A program made the translations under genes and the position numbers. Shown piece by piece: positions 9,951 through 20,484 of a stretch of 64,000 bases of DNA. The stretch is from contig CAVVLJ010000004.1 in NCBI GenBank assembly GCA_963749075.1, forward strand, positions 96,001 to 160,000. The letters run 5' to 3'. Positions within the stretch are counted from its first letter, which is position 1. The number at the start of each line of letters is the position of its first letter. The DNA is from an uncultured Pseudomonadota bacterium (GTDB taxonomy: Bacteria > Pseudomonadota > Alphaproteobacteria > JACZXZ01). Below the pieces are notes generated by a model that worked only from the letters and a program-made list of their open reading frames with translations, was not told the origin of the DNA and did no database searches.

Positions 9951-12065
9951 TCACTCGGCCGCTTGCCGCGGCTGCAGGGTCTCGCCCTCGAGCAGCTTCT
10001 CGAAGTCCGCGGCGGACGAGGGGCGGGCGAAGAGGAAGCCCTGGATGCCGTTGCACTGGTAGGCGCGCAGATAGGTGAGCTCCTCGGTGTTCTCCACGCC
10101 CTCGGCGATGGCCTTCTTGTCCATGGCGTGGGTCATCGAGATGATGGCGTGCACGAGGGCGGCGTGGGCCGCGTCGGTCGTCATGCGCGAGATGAAGGAG
10201 TAGTCGATCTTGAGCGTCTCGATGGGCAGGCGCGAGAGGTGGCTCAAGGCCGAATGCTCGATGCCGAAATCGTCGATTGAGAAGGTGACCCCGGTGGCGG
10301 CGAGCCCCTTCATGGTGCGCGTCACCAGCTCCACGTTGCGCAGGATCGTGCTCTCGGTGATCTCGAGCTTGAGGGCCACGTTCGGCAGCTTGGTCTCCTC
10401 GAGCACGGCGAGGACGCGCTCGCCCAGGTCCGCGCGCATGAGCTGCAGGCCCGAGACGTTGACCGAGACCGGGAAATCGCAGATGCCCTTCCTCCGCCAC
10501 GCCTCGGTGTGGACGCACGCCATGCGCAGCACGGCCTCGCCGAGCGGGATGATGAGCCCGGTCTGCTCGGCGATGGGGATGAACTCGCCGGGCGACACGA
10601 GGCCGCGGACGGGATGGCGCCAGCGCACGAGCGCCTCCATGCCCATGATCTTGAATGTCATGGGATGGACCTGGGGCTGGTAGAAGACCTCGAGCTCGCC
10701 GCGCTCGATCGCCCGGCGCAGCTCGCCCTCGAGCGAGAGGCGCTTGACGGCGCTTTCCGTCATCTGGGCGCTGTAGAACTCGTAGCGCTGGCCGAGCGTC
10801 TCCCTGGCGCGGCCGAAGGCGGTGCTTGCGTTGCGTAAGAGCGCATCGGTGCTGTCGCCGTCGTCGGGGAAGAGGCTGATGCCCATGACGACCTTGGCGT
10901 AGAGCTCGCGGCCGCCCGCCTCGAAGGGCGCGTCGAAGGCGTGGCTCACCCGCTCGATGGGCGCCACCGCGTCGGTGCCGCGCCTGATGCCGCCCAGCAT
11001 GGCGAAGAAGCGGCCGGCACCGGCATGGGCCACCGTGTCGCCCGGCCTGAGCGCCGGCTGGAGGCGCTGCGCCGCCTCGCGGATGATGGCGTCGGCAGCA
11101 CCGAGGCCCGCCGTGTCGCGGATGGCCTCGAGCTGCTCGAGCTCGAGATAGATGACCGCGATCTTGCTCGAGAGCCGCTGGGCCTGGGGCAGCGCCTGGG
11201 AGACGCGGTCGTTGAAGAGCTGCTGGTTGGGCAGCCCCGTGAGCGGATCGTAATAGGCGAGATAATCGCGGTGGGCCTCGAGCTTCTTGAGCTCGGTGAT
11301 GTCGAGCGCCAGGCCGTCCCACTGGATCTCGCCGTTGAGCCGGCGTGGCCGGGCGACGGACTTCAGCCAGCGCACGCCGGCGCTCGGCGTGTTGAGGCGG
11401 AGCTCGACCTCCATGGGACAGAGCTCCTGGGCGGAGCGGCGCATGGCGTCGTCGAGCACCGGGCGGTCCTCGCTCACGACGCAGTCCGCGAACTGCGCGC
11501 TGTCGCGCACCATCTCGTCCGGATCGATGCCATAGAGCGTCTGCATCGCCGGGCTGACGTAGGTATAGGCCATATGGCCGTCGGGCTTGAGGATCTGGCG
11601 GAAAATGGCGCCCGGCAGGTTCTCGGCGATGCTGCGAAAGCGCTCCTCCGCCTCGCGCAGCGCGTTGAAGGCGCGGCTCGCGCGCAGGATGTAGCGCACG
11701 CGATGGGAGAGGATGAGCCAGTTGATCGGCTTGGCGATGAAGTCGGTGGCGCCCGCCTCGTAGGCCTTCTCGATCGACTCGATGTCGTCGAGACCGGTCG
11801 CCATGAGCACCGGCACGTAGGTCGCATCCGGCCGCTTGCGCAGCTCCCGGCAGAGCGCAAAGCCGTCCATCTCCGGCATCACCACGTCGGAGATCAGCAT
11901 CGCCGGGCGGTTCTCCTCGAAGGACTTGAGCGCCTCGCTGCCGTCGCCCGCCTCGATGACGGAGAAGCCGTCCTGCTCGAGCGTCTCGCGCATGAGGAAA
12001 CGCAGCGTCGCGTCGTCGTCGACGATGAGGATGACCGCGGGATCGCTCGCGTCGGCGGGGCTCAT
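9951..12065 (-). CDS. REC-PAS-GGDEF(degenerate)-EAL response regulator, likely c-di-GMP phosphodiesterase
   Basis: ATG at 12065 (MSPADASD); ILIVDDD, DVVMP; DPLTGLPN; GGDEF replaced by GAGRF; EALVRW, LEITES, IDDFG, AEGVEN. Confidence 0.9.
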   Translation of the reverse strand: MSPADASDPAVILIVDDDATLRFLMRETLEQDGFSVIEAGDGSEALKSFEENRPAMLISDVVMPEMDGFALCRELRKRPDATYVPVLMATGLDDIESIEKAYEAGATDFIAKPINWLILSHRVRYILRASRAFNALREAEERFRSIAENLPGAIFRQILKPDGHMAYTYVSPAMQTLYGIDPDEMVRDSAQFADCVVSEDRPVLDDAMRRSAQELCPMEVELRLNTPSAGVRWLKSVARPRRLNGEIQWDGLALDITELKKLEAHRDYLAYYDPLTGLPNQQLFNDRVSQALPQAQRLSSKIAVIYLELEQLEAIRDTAGLGAADAIIREAAQRLQPALRPGDTVAHAGAGRFFAMLGGIRRGTDAVAPIERVSHAFDAPFEAGGRELYAKVVMGISLFPDDGDSTDALLRNASTAFGRARETLGQRYEFYSAQMTESAVKRLSLEGELRRAIERGELEVFYQPQVHPMTFKIMGMEALVRWRHPVRGLVSPGEFIPIAEQTGLIIPLGEAVLRMACVHTEAWRRKGICDFPVSVNVSGLQLMRADLGERVLAVLEETKLPNVALKLEITESTILRNVELVTRTMKGLAATGVTFSIDDFGIEHSALSHLSRLPIETLKIDYSFISRMTTDAAHAALVHAIISMTHAMDKKAIAEGVENTEELTYLRAYQCNGIQGFLFARPSSAADFEKLLEGETLQPRQAAE

Positions 12066-12067
12066 CG

Positions 12068-14926
12068 CTAGGTTCCCATCAGTACTTTGAGCCCGCGCAA
12101 GGCGCCGTCGAGGTCGCTGTCGAGCGCCGGCAGCAGGGGTGCGATCTCGGGTGCCGCACCCTTCCGCCCGAGCGCCTCGATCTCCCGGCAGCGCCCGGAG
12201 AGGCGGAGCGCCCCCAGGTTGGCGGCGCTCGACTTGAGGCTGTGGGCGGCGCGCCAGGCGGCCTCCGTGTCGCCGCGCAGGGCAGCGCTCTTGATCTCGG
12301 CGACGAGGGTGGGCGCCGAGCGCGCGAATTCGGCCAGCACGCGGTCGAGGATCGACTGGTTGCCGCGCTTCGGCAGCGAGCGGATGCGCTCGATGGCGGC
12401 GAGGTCGATGTCGCCGTCGCTGCTCGCCGCTGCCGCGCTCGCCGGCGCCTGCCGCTCCTCGGGCTTGGCGGCGGCGGAGGGGGGCGGCGGCGCAGCCGGT
12501 GCGGCAGGCTCCGCCGCCTTGCGCTCGTCGGCCGGCGGCGGCACCGGCACTTCCGCGGCCTGTTGCTGCGGCAGCCAGTGCTTGAGCGTCTCGGCGACCC
12601 GCACCTCGTCGAACGGCTTGCTCAGGAAGTCGTCCATGCCGGCGTCGATGCACTGCTCGCGCACGCCCGCCATGGCATGCGCCGTCATGGCGACGATCGG
12701 CAGCCGCCCGGCGGCGCGCTTGGCAAGCGCCCCGTTGCGCTCGAGCTCGCGGATGCGCCGCGACGCCTCGAAGCCGTCCATCTCGGGCATCTCGCAGTCC
12801 ATGAGCACGAGGTCGAAGGGCTTCTCGACGACGAGACGCACCGCCTCGCGGCCGTTGCCGGCGGTCATCACCTGGCAGCCCATCGCCTCGAGGAGGCCGG
12901 TCGCCACCTCCTGGTTGATGGCGTTGTCCTCGACCACCAGGAGATGCGCCGCGAACTGGGGGCGCGCCTTGGGCTCGTGCGCCGAGCGCACGAAGAAGGG
13001 TGCGATGCCGCGCCGGCGGCCGCCCGAGGCGAGCGTGGCCAGGCAGTCGAACAGCACCGAGGGGCGCACGGGCTTGGTGAGCTGCGCGAAGGTCTCGCCC
13101 TTGTCGGGCGTGTCCTCGACGCCCTCGAGGCCGGTCAGGAGGATGAACTCGCCGACCGCCGCGTCGCTCTTGGTGCGCGCCCAGCGCACGAGCTCGAGGC
13201 CGGCCGGTCCAAGCCCCTTCACGTCGATGAAGGCGGCATCGAAGGCGCGCCCCTTGGCGCCCGCGGCGTTGATCGCCCCGCGCGCGGCGTCCATCGTCTG
13301 CACGAGCTCCGTGTCGATCTCCCAGCTCGAGAGATAGCTCGCCATCACCTTGGCGCTCGTGGCGTTGGTGTCGACGACGAGCACGTGGAGCGGCCGCGCG
13401 ATGCGGCGATGGACGGCGGGACCCTCGGCGTCGTCCTCGGCGCGGGCGAGGCGCACGGTGAACCAGAAGCGCGAGCCGCGGCCGAGCTCGCTCTCGACGC
13501 CGATCTCCCCGCGCATGAGCTCCGCGAGCTGGCGCGCGATGGCGAGGCCGAGGCCCGAGCCGCCGTACTTGCGCGTGAGCGAGGTGTCGATCTGGCGGAA
13601 GGATTCGAAGACGCGCTCCTGCTGGTCGGCCGCGATGCCGATGCCCGTGTCGAGGACGGAGAAGGAGAGCCGCACGCCCTTCGCGCTGATCTTGTCCAGC
13701 ATGAGGTCGACGTAGATCTCGCCGTGCTCGGTGAACTTGATCGCGTTGCCGACGAGGTTGACGAGAATCTGGCGCAGGCGCACCGGATCGCCGCGCAGCT
13801 TCCGCGGCACGTCCTCGGCGACGTAGTAGATGAACTCGATGCCCTTGCTGGCGCAGCGCGCGGAGAACAGGTCGTTCACCTCGGCGAGCACGTCGCGCGG
13901 GTCGAAGACCACGTCGATGAGCTCGAGCCGCCCCGCCTCCACCTTCGAGAGATCGAGAATGTCGTTGATGATGGAGAGGAGCGCCTCGCCCGAGCGCTTG
14001 AGATTGTCGAGCAGCCGCGCCTGGCGCTCGTCGAGCCGCGTGTCGGCGAGCAGGCTCGCCATGCCGAGCACGCCGTTCATCGGCGTGCGGATCTCGTGGC
14101 TCATGGTGGCGAGGAAGTTGGACTTGGCGCGGTTGGCGGCCTCCGCCTGCTCCTTCGCCTCGCGCAGCTCGCCGACGACGAGGGCGAGCTCCTCGTTCTT
14201 CTTGCGCAAGACCTCGTCGCGCTGCTCGATCTGCCCGAGCATGGCGTTGAAGCCCTCGACGAGGACGCCGATCTCGTCGTTCCCCGTCTTCTCCGAGCGC
14301 AGCGAGTAGTTCTGCTCCTTGCTCACCTTCGACATGGTGATGGCGAGCGAGCGGATCGGCTGGGAGATGATGCGTTGCAGGCCGACGCAGAGGATGTAGG
14401 CGACGGCGAGCGAGACGATGAGGATGACGAGCACCACGAGCTGCGAGCGCTCGGTGCTCATGGCGAGCTCCTCCGAGGTCGCCTTGACGTAGATCGAGCC
14501 GATCACGGCGCCGTTGGCGGTGATCGGCTCGCGCATGCTCACGAGGTCGCCCTCGCTCGAGACCGCCTCGCCGGGGCTCGTGGGCGGCGGGCCCGCCAAC
14601 TCGGGCATCGATTTGTTGCGGTAGCTCGCGAACATCTGGCCGTCCGGCCGGTAGATGGCGGCGGCCAGGATCTGCGGCTTGGCGGCAAGGCTGGCGAGCG
14701 CCTGCTCGGCTGCGGCGCGGTCGCCGGCGGTGATCGAGGCGGCGCTCGTCGAGCCGATGACGCTGCCCAGGGTCTGGAGCTCGGAGAGAGCGGCACCGCG
14801 CAGATAGCGCACCTCGTCCCGGATGAAGACGAGGAAGTCGAGCTCGAGGACCAGCGTGGTCGTCAGCATGACGATCAGAATGAGCTTCCTGCGGATCGAC
14901 AGGTTCCTGATGAAGTTGGTCAACAT
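12068..14926 (-). CDS. Hybrid sensor histidine kinase (sensor-HAMP-HisKA-HATPase-REC-REC-HPt)
   Basis: [44 protein letters not shown], HPt [12 protein letters not shown]. Confidence 0.95.
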   Translation of the reverse strand: MLTNFIRNLSIRRKLILIVMLTTTLVLELDFLVFIRDEVRYLRGAALSELQTLGSVIGSTSAASITAGDRAAAEQALASLAAKPQILAAAIYRPDGQMFASYRNKSMPELAGPPPTSPGEAVSSEGDLVSMREPITANGAVIGSIYVKATSEELAMSTERSQLVVLVILIVSLAVAYILCVGLQRIISQPIRSLAITMSKVSKEQNYSLRSEKTGNDEIGVLVEGFNAMLGQIEQRDEVLRKKNEELALVVGELREAKEQAEAANRAKSNFLATMSHEIRTPMNGVLGMASLLADTRLDERQARLLDNLKRSGEALLSIINDILDLSKVEAGRLELIDVVFDPRDVLAEVNDLFSARCASKGIEFIYYVAEDVPRKLRGDPVRLRQILVNLVGNAIKFTEHGEIYVDLMLDKISAKGVRLSFSVLDTGIGIAADQQERVFESFRQIDTSLTRKYGGSGLGLAIARQLAELMRGEIGVESELGRGSRFWFTVRLARAEDDAEGPAVHRRIARPLHVLVVDTNATSAKVMASYLSSWEIDTELVQTMDAARGAINAAGAKGRAFDAAFIDVKGLGPAGLELVRWARTKSDAAVGEFILLTGLEGVEDTPDKGETFAQLTKPVRPSVLFDCLATLASGGRRRGIAPFFVRSAHEPKARPQFAAHLLVVEDNAINQEVATGLLEAMGCQVMTAGNGREAVRLVVEKPFDLVLMDCEMPEMDGFEASRRIRELERNGALAKRAAGRLPIVAMTAHAMAGVREQCIDAGMDDFLSKPFDEVRVAETLKHWLPQQQAAEVPVPPPADERKAAEPAAPAAPPPPSAAAKPEERQAPASAAAASSDGDIDLAAIERIRSLPKRGNQSILDRVLAEFARSAPTLVAEIKSAALRGDTEAAWRAAHSLKSSAANLGALRLSGRCREIEALGRKGAAPEIAPLLPALDSDLDGALRGLKVLMGT

Positions 14927-15218
14927 CCTGGAATGCCCGCTCCTGATGGATGATGCTTACGCTGCCCGCCCGGTTTGCGCCGCAGCGGGCGCCGGCGCCC
15001 GGCCGCGAGGCCGCGCTGCGCTCCTCGTGCACTCCTCATGCGATGGCGATGGCCGGTGACGCCGGGCGCTGCGGGCGCCCGTCGCGAAGGCGCCCCGCGG
15101 GCAAGGCGCCGCCCGGCGCCGCGCGGGACAATCGGGCGGGCCATCCTCTCCCCATCGTCCGCTGGCAAAGCCTCGGCGATTCGCCGCCTCCGCTGCTCGA
15201 CCTTCGCGTGATTCGACG

Positions 15219-15233
15219 TTAACTGCCTATTAA
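15219..15233. promoter_or_regulatory. CtrA-binding site
   Basis: Exact TTAA-N7-TTAA (TTAACTGCCTATTAA) in an AT-rich patch upstream of the kinase; GANTC sites at 15178, 15210 and 15316. Confidence 0.72.
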
Positions 15234-15337
15234 ATAACGCAAAATGACTGGAAAATCCAATCGATTTATAGGCGCGGCCCGGCGCCGCCGGGGCGTTGCG
15301 GGCTCGATTGGCGTCGACTCGCAGGCCGCGGCGGCGC

Positions 15338-16150
15338 CTAAAGCGCCTTATCGGGGAAGAACGGATAGGGTCCGTCGAAGCGGCCGATGTAGCTCGTGTG
15401 GGAGACGATGCCCTGGCTCGCGTCCCACACATGGAGCTGGCAGGCCGGCGGCTCCAGGTTGAAGACGGCCGGCGCGTCGTGGCGCAGGTCGAGCACGACC
15501 TGGTGCGCGGTGCTCGGCCCGGTCGAGGCGAGGGTGCCGTGCCAGCGCATCTGGATGGGGCGGTGGAGGTGGCCGCAGAGGATGCGCTCGATCTCCGGAT
15601 GCTGGCGCACGATGGCGGCGAAGCCCTCGCTGCCGGCGAGGCCGATCGCGTCCATGTGCTTGACCCCGCTGGCGAAGGGGGGATGGTGCATGAAGACGAG
15701 GGTGGGCCGCGCCGGCGCCTCGGCGAGCCTTGCCGCGAACCAGGCGAGCCGCTCGACGCAGAGGAGGCCGCCGGCCTCCCCCGGCACCACGGTGTCGAGG
15801 CCGATGAGGCGCACCGGATAATCCTCGATGGCGTAGTGGAGGAAGCCGCCCGCGCGGGGCAGGTAGCCGTGGCCGGGAAAGGCGAGGGCGAGGGCGGCGC
15901 GGTCGTCGTGGTTGCCGGGCACGAGGAAGACCGGCATCTCGAGCTCGCCCAGCATGTCGGCGAGGAGCGCGTACTCCTCGGCGAGCCCGCGGTCGGCAAG
16001 ATCGCCGGTGGCGATCACCACGTCCGGCCGCGGGCGCATTTCGTTCAAGTGGCCGAGGGCTTCCTTGAGCATGCGGTTGGTCGACACCCGCTCGTAGGCG
16101 AGGAGGCCCTCCGGGCGGACGTGCAGGTCGGTGATCTGCGCGATGATCAT
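15338..16150 (-). CDS. Metallophosphoesterase (GpdQ/CpdA-like phosphodiesterase)
   Basis: TDLH, TGDL, PGNHD, HHPP, CGHLHR motifs. Confidence 0.9.
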   Translation of the reverse strand: MIIAQITDLHVRPEGLLAYERVSTNRMLKEALGHLNEMRPRPDVVIATGDLADRGLAEEYALLADMLGELEMPVFLVPGNHDDRAALALAFPGHGYLPRAGGFLHYAIEDYPVRLIGLDTVVPGEAGGLLCVERLAWFAARLAEAPARPTLVFMHHPPFASGVKHMDAIGLAGSEGFAAIVRQHPEIERILCGHLHRPIQMRWHGTLASTGPSTAHQVVLDLRHDAPAVFNLEPPACQLHVWDASQGIVSHTSYIGRFDGPYPFFPDKAL

Positions 16151-16235
16151 GGCTCTACTCCCGGCCCGCCGGCGATCCGCGGCCGCTCTTGCCTATTGCT
16201 GCGATACGCCGGCGCCGTCAAGGACCGTCAGGGCC

Positions 16236-17585
16236 TCACATGAGGTTGCCGCCGGTGATCTTATCCGCGAGCGGCTTCATGATCTCGTCCGCCGCCTTCT
16301 GGGCGTCCTTGACCGCCTGCGCCGGCTCCTTCTTGCCGGAGATCACCGCCTGCACCTGATCCTCGATCGCCTTGCGCACCGCCACGGTATCGTAGACGGC
16401 GAGCCAGGCGCCGGCGTACTCGAGCTGCTTCAAGGCGATGAGCGCATCGGGATGCTCGGCGATGAAGGCCTTCATCTCGGGCAGCTCGTAGGAGCTCTGG
16501 CGCGGCGAGAAATAGCCGGTGAAGCGGCTCCAGTGGCCGAGCTGCTCGGGCGTCGTCATGTAGCTCATGAAGCGCCAGGCGGCCTTGCGCTGCTCGGGCG
16601 TGAGCCCGTTGAAGGCGATGAGCGAGGCGCCGCCGATCGGCACCGAGTAGCGCACGTTCTTCGGCATGAAGGCGACCTTGTAGGGGAACTTGGCGCCGTT
16701 GCGGATGAAGGTGAGCGAGCCGGTCGAGAGCACCACCATCGAGGTCTTGCCCGAGAAGAAGTCGGCCGAGACCTGGTTGGGGTCGATGACGCCTTGCGGC
16801 ATGACCTTGTATTTGAAGACGAGGTCCTTCCACAGCTGCATGGCGCCGAGGGTGGAGGGCTGGTCGTAATAGACCTCGCCGCCGAACACCGGATTGTAGA
16901 AGAGCCCGCCGTTCGCCATGGTGAGCGACTGGGTGAGCCAGCCGCAGTAGTCGTAGGCCGACGGCATGGTGAGGCCCCAGCGCGTCACCTCGTCGCCTTG
17001 CCGCTTGGTGAGCTTCTCGGCGTCGGCCACGAGCTCGGCCCAGGTGGCCGGCGGCTTCTCCGGGTCGAGGCCGACCTCGCGGAACTGCTCGGCGTTGATG
17101 TAGAGGAGCGGCGTCGAGTTCTGGTAGGGGATCGCGTAGATCTTGCCGTCGATCACGGCGTTGGGCCGCACCGCCGGCCAGAAATCGTCGAGGTAGGTCT
17201 TGGGATCGATCTTGTTCTCGACGAGATAGTCCTCGATCGGCTCGATCTGCTTGTTGAGCGCGAACTCGATCACGACGTTGGCCAACATGAGGGCGACGCC
17301 CGGCGGCTTGCCCGCGGCGACGGCCGCCTGGGCCTTGAGCCGCGTGTCGTCGTAGCTGCCGGTATAGACGGGGACGACCTCGATGTCCGGGTTCTTCTCG
17401 TTGAACTCCTTGACGATGCGCGTGAGCTCGCGCGCGAGCGGGCCCTGCACCGGCGTCGGGAAATAGAAGTCGATCGAGGCGGTGGCGGCCTCGCCGGGGC
17501 TTGCTGCGAGGGCGCCCGCGAGAAGGGCGGCAAGTGCGGGCAGAAGCAGCCGGCGGGCGGCGAGGAGGCGGCGGAGCATGGTCAT
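16236..17585 (-). CDS. ugpB: ABC transporter substrate-binding protein (UgpB-like)
   Basis: Signal peptide; YTGSYDDT, PYQNSTPLLY.N, PIGGASL, WSRFTGY. Confidence 0.8.
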   Translation of the reverse strand: MTMLRRLLAARRLLLPALAALLAGALAASPGEAATASIDFYFPTPVQGPLARELTRIVKEFNEKNPDIEVVPVYTGSYDDTRLKAQAAVAAGKPPGVALMLANVVIEFALNKQIEPIEDYLVENKIDPKTYLDDFWPAVRPNAVIDGKIYAIPYQNSTPLLYINAEQFREVGLDPEKPPATWAELVADAEKLTKRQGDEVTRWGLTMPSAYDYCGWLTQSLTMANGGLFYNPVFGGEVYYDQPSTLGAMQLWKDLVFKYKVMPQGVIDPNQVSADFFSGKTSMVVLSTGSLTFIRNGAKFPYKVAFMPKNVRYSVPIGGASLIAFNGLTPEQRKAAWRFMSYMTTPEQLGHWSRFTGYFSPRQSSYELPEMKAFIAEHPDALIALKQLEYAGAWLAVYDTVAVRKAIEDQVQAVISGKKEPAQAVKDAQKAADEIMKPLADKITGGNLM

Positions 17586-17605
17586 GGCGAGGTCCCCTTT
17601 TCTGG

Positions 17606-18439
17606 TCACTTGAGTCCGGAGAACATGAAGCTGTTCACGAATTGCCGCTGGAAGGCGGCGAAGGCGAGGATGAGCGGCAGCGTGACTAAGAGCGTGCCGG
17701 CGGCAATGAGGCCCCACTCGGCCGCCCCCTCGCTCGCCTGGGTGAAGCTGGCCAGGCCCATGGTCAGCGTCTGCCGCTTGGGCGAGCTTATGACCATGAG
17801 CGGCCAGAGGAGCTCGTTCCAGTGCGCCACCACGCTCACGATGGCGAAGGCGACGAGCGCCGGGCGCACGAGCGGCAGCATGACGTGGCGGAGGAGGGCG
17901 AAGAACGAGCAGCCGTCGATCGCCGCCGCGTCCTCGAAGTCGCGCGGTACCGAGCGGAAGGCCTGGCGCATGAGGAAGGTGCCGAAGGCGGAGGCGAAGT
18001 AGGGCGCCATGACGCCGAGAAGCGAATCGTAGATGCCGAGCCTGACCGCGGTAATGAGGTTCGGGATGATGAGGATGGGCGGCACCAGCATGAGCTGGAG
18101 GAGGAAGAGGTAGAAGAGCGTCTCCTTGAAGCGGAACTCGAGGCGCGCGAAGGCGTAACCGGCAAGCGTGATGGTGACGAGCTGGACCGCGAGGATGCCG
18201 CTCACGACGATGAGCGTGTTGGCGTAATTGACGAGGAAATCGGCGCTCTCCCAGGCGAGCCGGAAGTTGAGAAGCGTCGGCACGAAGTCGGGCGAGAGCG
18301 AGGCGAGATCGCTCGGGCTGTAGCTCTCGGGCCGCAAGGCCGCGACGACCATCCAGAGGAACGGCGTCGACCACACGAAGCCGACGCCGGCCATGACCGC
18401 CGTGACGAGTGCCGCGGCGAGCGCTTTCCTACCGGCCAT
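17606..18439 (-). CDS. ugpE: Carbohydrate ABC permease (UgpE-like)
   Basis: AGYAFARLEF, FLMRQAF..VPRDFEDAAAIDG, HWNELLWPL. Confidence 0.82.
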   Translation of the reverse strand: MAGRKALAAALVTAVMAGVGFVWSTPFLWMVVAALRPESYSPSDLASLSPDFVPTLLNFRLAWESADFLVNYANTLIVVSGILAVQLVTITLAGYAFARLEFRFKETLFYLFLLQLMLVPPILIIPNLITAVRLGIYDSLLGVMAPYFASAFGTFLMRQAFRSVPRDFEDAAAIDGCSFFALLRHVMLPLVRPALVAFAIVSVVAHWNELLWPLMVISSPKRQTLTMGLASFTQASEGAAEWGLIAAGTLLVTLPLILAFAAFQRQFVNSFMFSGLK

Positions 18440-19367
18440 CGCGGATGCCCCGCTCGAGCGTGCGCAGGCCGAAGAGCGAGACGGCGAGGAGCAGGGCGAG
18501 GCTCACCACCGTGGCCGCCGTCGCCTTGCCGGGGTCGTGGAACTCGCTCTCCGTCTGGAAGATGTAGTAGAGGAGGAGGTTGGTCGCGTTGTCCGGCCCG
18601 CCGTGCGTCATCACGATGACATGGTCGACGTTGGTCACCACGTTGATGATGGCGATGACCACGACGAAGGCGGTGGTCGGCTTGAGCAGCGGCAGCGTCA
18701 CGTACCGGAAGCGCTGCCAGGCGTTGGCCCCGTCGAGGGTGGCCGCCTCGAGCGCCTCCTCGGGGATCGCCTGCAGGCCGGCTAAGTAGAAGAGCATGTA
18801 GTAGCCCGCGTTCTTCCACACCGTGAGGATGGTAAGCGCCGCGAGCGCGAGATCGGGGTTGCCGAGCCAGTTGATGCCGCGCAGGCCGAAGCGGCCGAGG
18901 TAATAGTCGATGAGCCCGCCGTTGGGCAGGAAGATGAAGATCCAGAGCCCGGCGGCGGCCGTGAGCGGCACCACCGCGGGGAAGAAGAGCGCCGCGCGGA
19001 TCGCCGCATTGACGCGCGTCGAGCGCTTGAGGAAGACGGCAAAGGCGATGGCGAGGACGATCGTCGGCGCCACCGTGCCGGCGGCGTAGAGAAGGTTGTT
19101 GAGGAGCGCCGTGCGGAACTTGTCATCGGCCAGGAGGCGCGCGTAGTTGCCGAGCCCGACGAAGCGCCCGACGCTGTCGCCGAGCTGCTTCAGATAGAGC
19201 GAGTCGAGGAGCACCCGGGCGATCGGCAGATAGGTGAAGAGGAGGAGGAGCAGGAAGGAGGGTGCGAGGAGGAGATAGGGCTTGGCGGCGGCGCTCCGCA
19301 GCCGGGCGCGCCCACGGAGGCCGGCCCCCTCGGCAATGACGAGCTCCGCCTCTCGGGCCGTTCCCAT
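18429..19367 (-). CDS. ugpA: Carbohydrate ABC permease (UgpA-like)
   Basis: FVGLGNY, WKNAGYYMLFYLAGLQAIP...EAATLDGA EAA motif, GGPDNAT. Confidence 0.82.
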   Translation of the reverse strand: MGTAREAELVIAEGAGLRGRARLRSAAAKPYLLLAPSFLLLLLFTYLPIARVLLDSLYLKQLGDSVGRFVGLGNYARLLADDKFRTALLNNLLYAAGTVAPTIVLAIAFAVFLKRSTRVNAAIRAALFFPAVVPLTAAAGLWIFIFLPNGGLIDYYLGRFGLRGINWLGNPDLALAALTILTVWKNAGYYMLFYLAGLQAIPEEALEAATLDGANAWQRFRYVTLPLLKPTTAFVVVIAIINVVTNVDHVIVMTHGGPDNATNLLLYYIFQTESEFHDPGKATAATVVSLALLLAVSLFGLRTLERGIRDGR

Positions 19368-19391
19368 GGCTCCTTTACCTAGCGGAATTTG

Positions 19392-19420
19392 ATGACCGGA
19401 CGGTTGCGATCCTGCGACGG
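19392..19420 (-). promoter_or_regulatory. Possible PhoB box array
   Basis: Minus-strand heptamers CCGTCGC, TCGCAAC, CGGTCAT at 11-bp period upstream of ugpA; degenerate versus CTGTCAT. Confidence 0.35.
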
Positions 19421-19459
19421 TTCCGCGTCAGGACGGCCGCCGTGCCGGTACCCGGGCGG

Positions 19460-20179
19460 TCAGCCTCCCGCCTCGGCCGCGGCGGACGAGCACTTCTCGA
19501 GGCAGAGAAGGGTGGCCGAGCCCGCGAGTGCCACCCTGCGCTCCTCGACGAGGGTGAGATCGGCGAGGCTGCCGAGGGCGCCGCGCGCGAGATCCGGCCG
19601 GAAGCCGAGGAATGCCGAAAGCGGCGCCGTGGCCCGCTCGAGCCAGCGCCAGGGCGCTTTTTGCGAGCGGAAGTGATTGAGGATGACGATGCGGCCGCCC
19701 TCGGCGCAGACCCGCCGCATCTCCTTCATGAGACGGAGCGGATCGGGCGCCACCGAGAGCACGTGGAGCGCCACCACGGCGTCGAAGCTGCCGTCGGGGA
19801 AATCCATGCTCTGGCCGTCCATCTCGCTGAGCGCCTCGACATGGGCGAGCCCGCGCTCGGCCACGCGGCGGCGCGCGCGCGCCAGCATCTCGGGCGAGAG
19901 GTCGATGCCGGTGACGCGCGCGTCGGTGCGATAGAGCGGCAGCGTCAGGCCCGTGCCCACGCCCACCTCGAGGATGCGTTGGGGCCCGGCCTCGTTGAGG
20001 CGGCCTATGGCGGCGCGGCGGCCGGCGCTGAGTGCGGCGCCGAAGAGCAGGTCATAGACCGCGGCATAGCGGCGGTAGGCGAGCCTCACCGCCTCGCGGT
20101 CGAACGCCCGGCGCGCCGTCCGCGTGCGGAGCTCGCGCAGCACCTGGGTGGCGCCATGCTCCCCCTCTCCAGTTCCCAT
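19460..20179 (-). CDS. pmtA: Class I SAM methyltransferase, phosphatidylethanolamine N-methyltransferase-like
   Basis: AYRRYAAVYDLLFG, ILEVGVGTGLTL, GIDLSPEML, RIVILNHF. Confidence 0.75.
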   Translation of the reverse strand: MGTGEGEHGATQVLRELRTRTARRAFDREAVRLAYRRYAAVYDLLFGAALSAGRRAAIGRLNEAGPQRILEVGVGTGLTLPLYRTDARVTGIDLSPEMLARARRRVAERGLAHVEALSEMDGQSMDFPDGSFDAVVALHVLSVAPDPLRLMKEMRRVCAEGGRIVILNHFRSQKAPWRWLERATAPLSAFLGFRPDLARGALGSLADLTLVEERRVALAGSATLLCLEKCSSAAAEAGG

Positions 20180-20286
20180 GCCCCGACCCCCTCCCACGCG
20201 CCCTTGGCCCCCTGGCGCTTCTCCTCGGGAATCCTAGCACGGACGGAACATGGCTTGGCAACTGCGCTTGCGCGCCGGGTTGATTT

Positions 20287-20451
20287 CCTCATCCTTCGAG
20301 ACGGGCCTGCGGCCCTCCTCAGGATGAGGAAATCCGCCAAACCTGGGGGCCGCCTCACCCTGAGGAGCGCGCCGCGGGCCGAAGGCCCGCTCTCTTGCAT
20401 GATGCAAGAGAGGCGCGCCTGCGCGCCGGGCGCGCGTCTCGAAGGGCGAGG
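20287..20451. repeat. Paired palindromic element (CCTCATCCTGAGGAG...TCTCGAAGG family)
   Basis: Two inverted units; the second has extra internal hairpins; sister element at 48678-48797. Confidence 0.72.
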
Positions 20452-20484
20452 TGGCCAAAGGCGCCGCCGCTTCACCCGCGCCGC

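Noticed and set aside
9951-15032. 1693-aa ORF as a giant fusion protein
   Set aside because: The first ~990 aa are an off-frame shadow of the histidine kinase (Arg/Ala/Gly-rich, no domains). The real gene starts at 12065.
20254-20270. sigma54-like TGGCA...TTGC motif
   Set aside because: The GG-to-GC spacing is 11 rather than 10, and it points away from the adjacent gene start.
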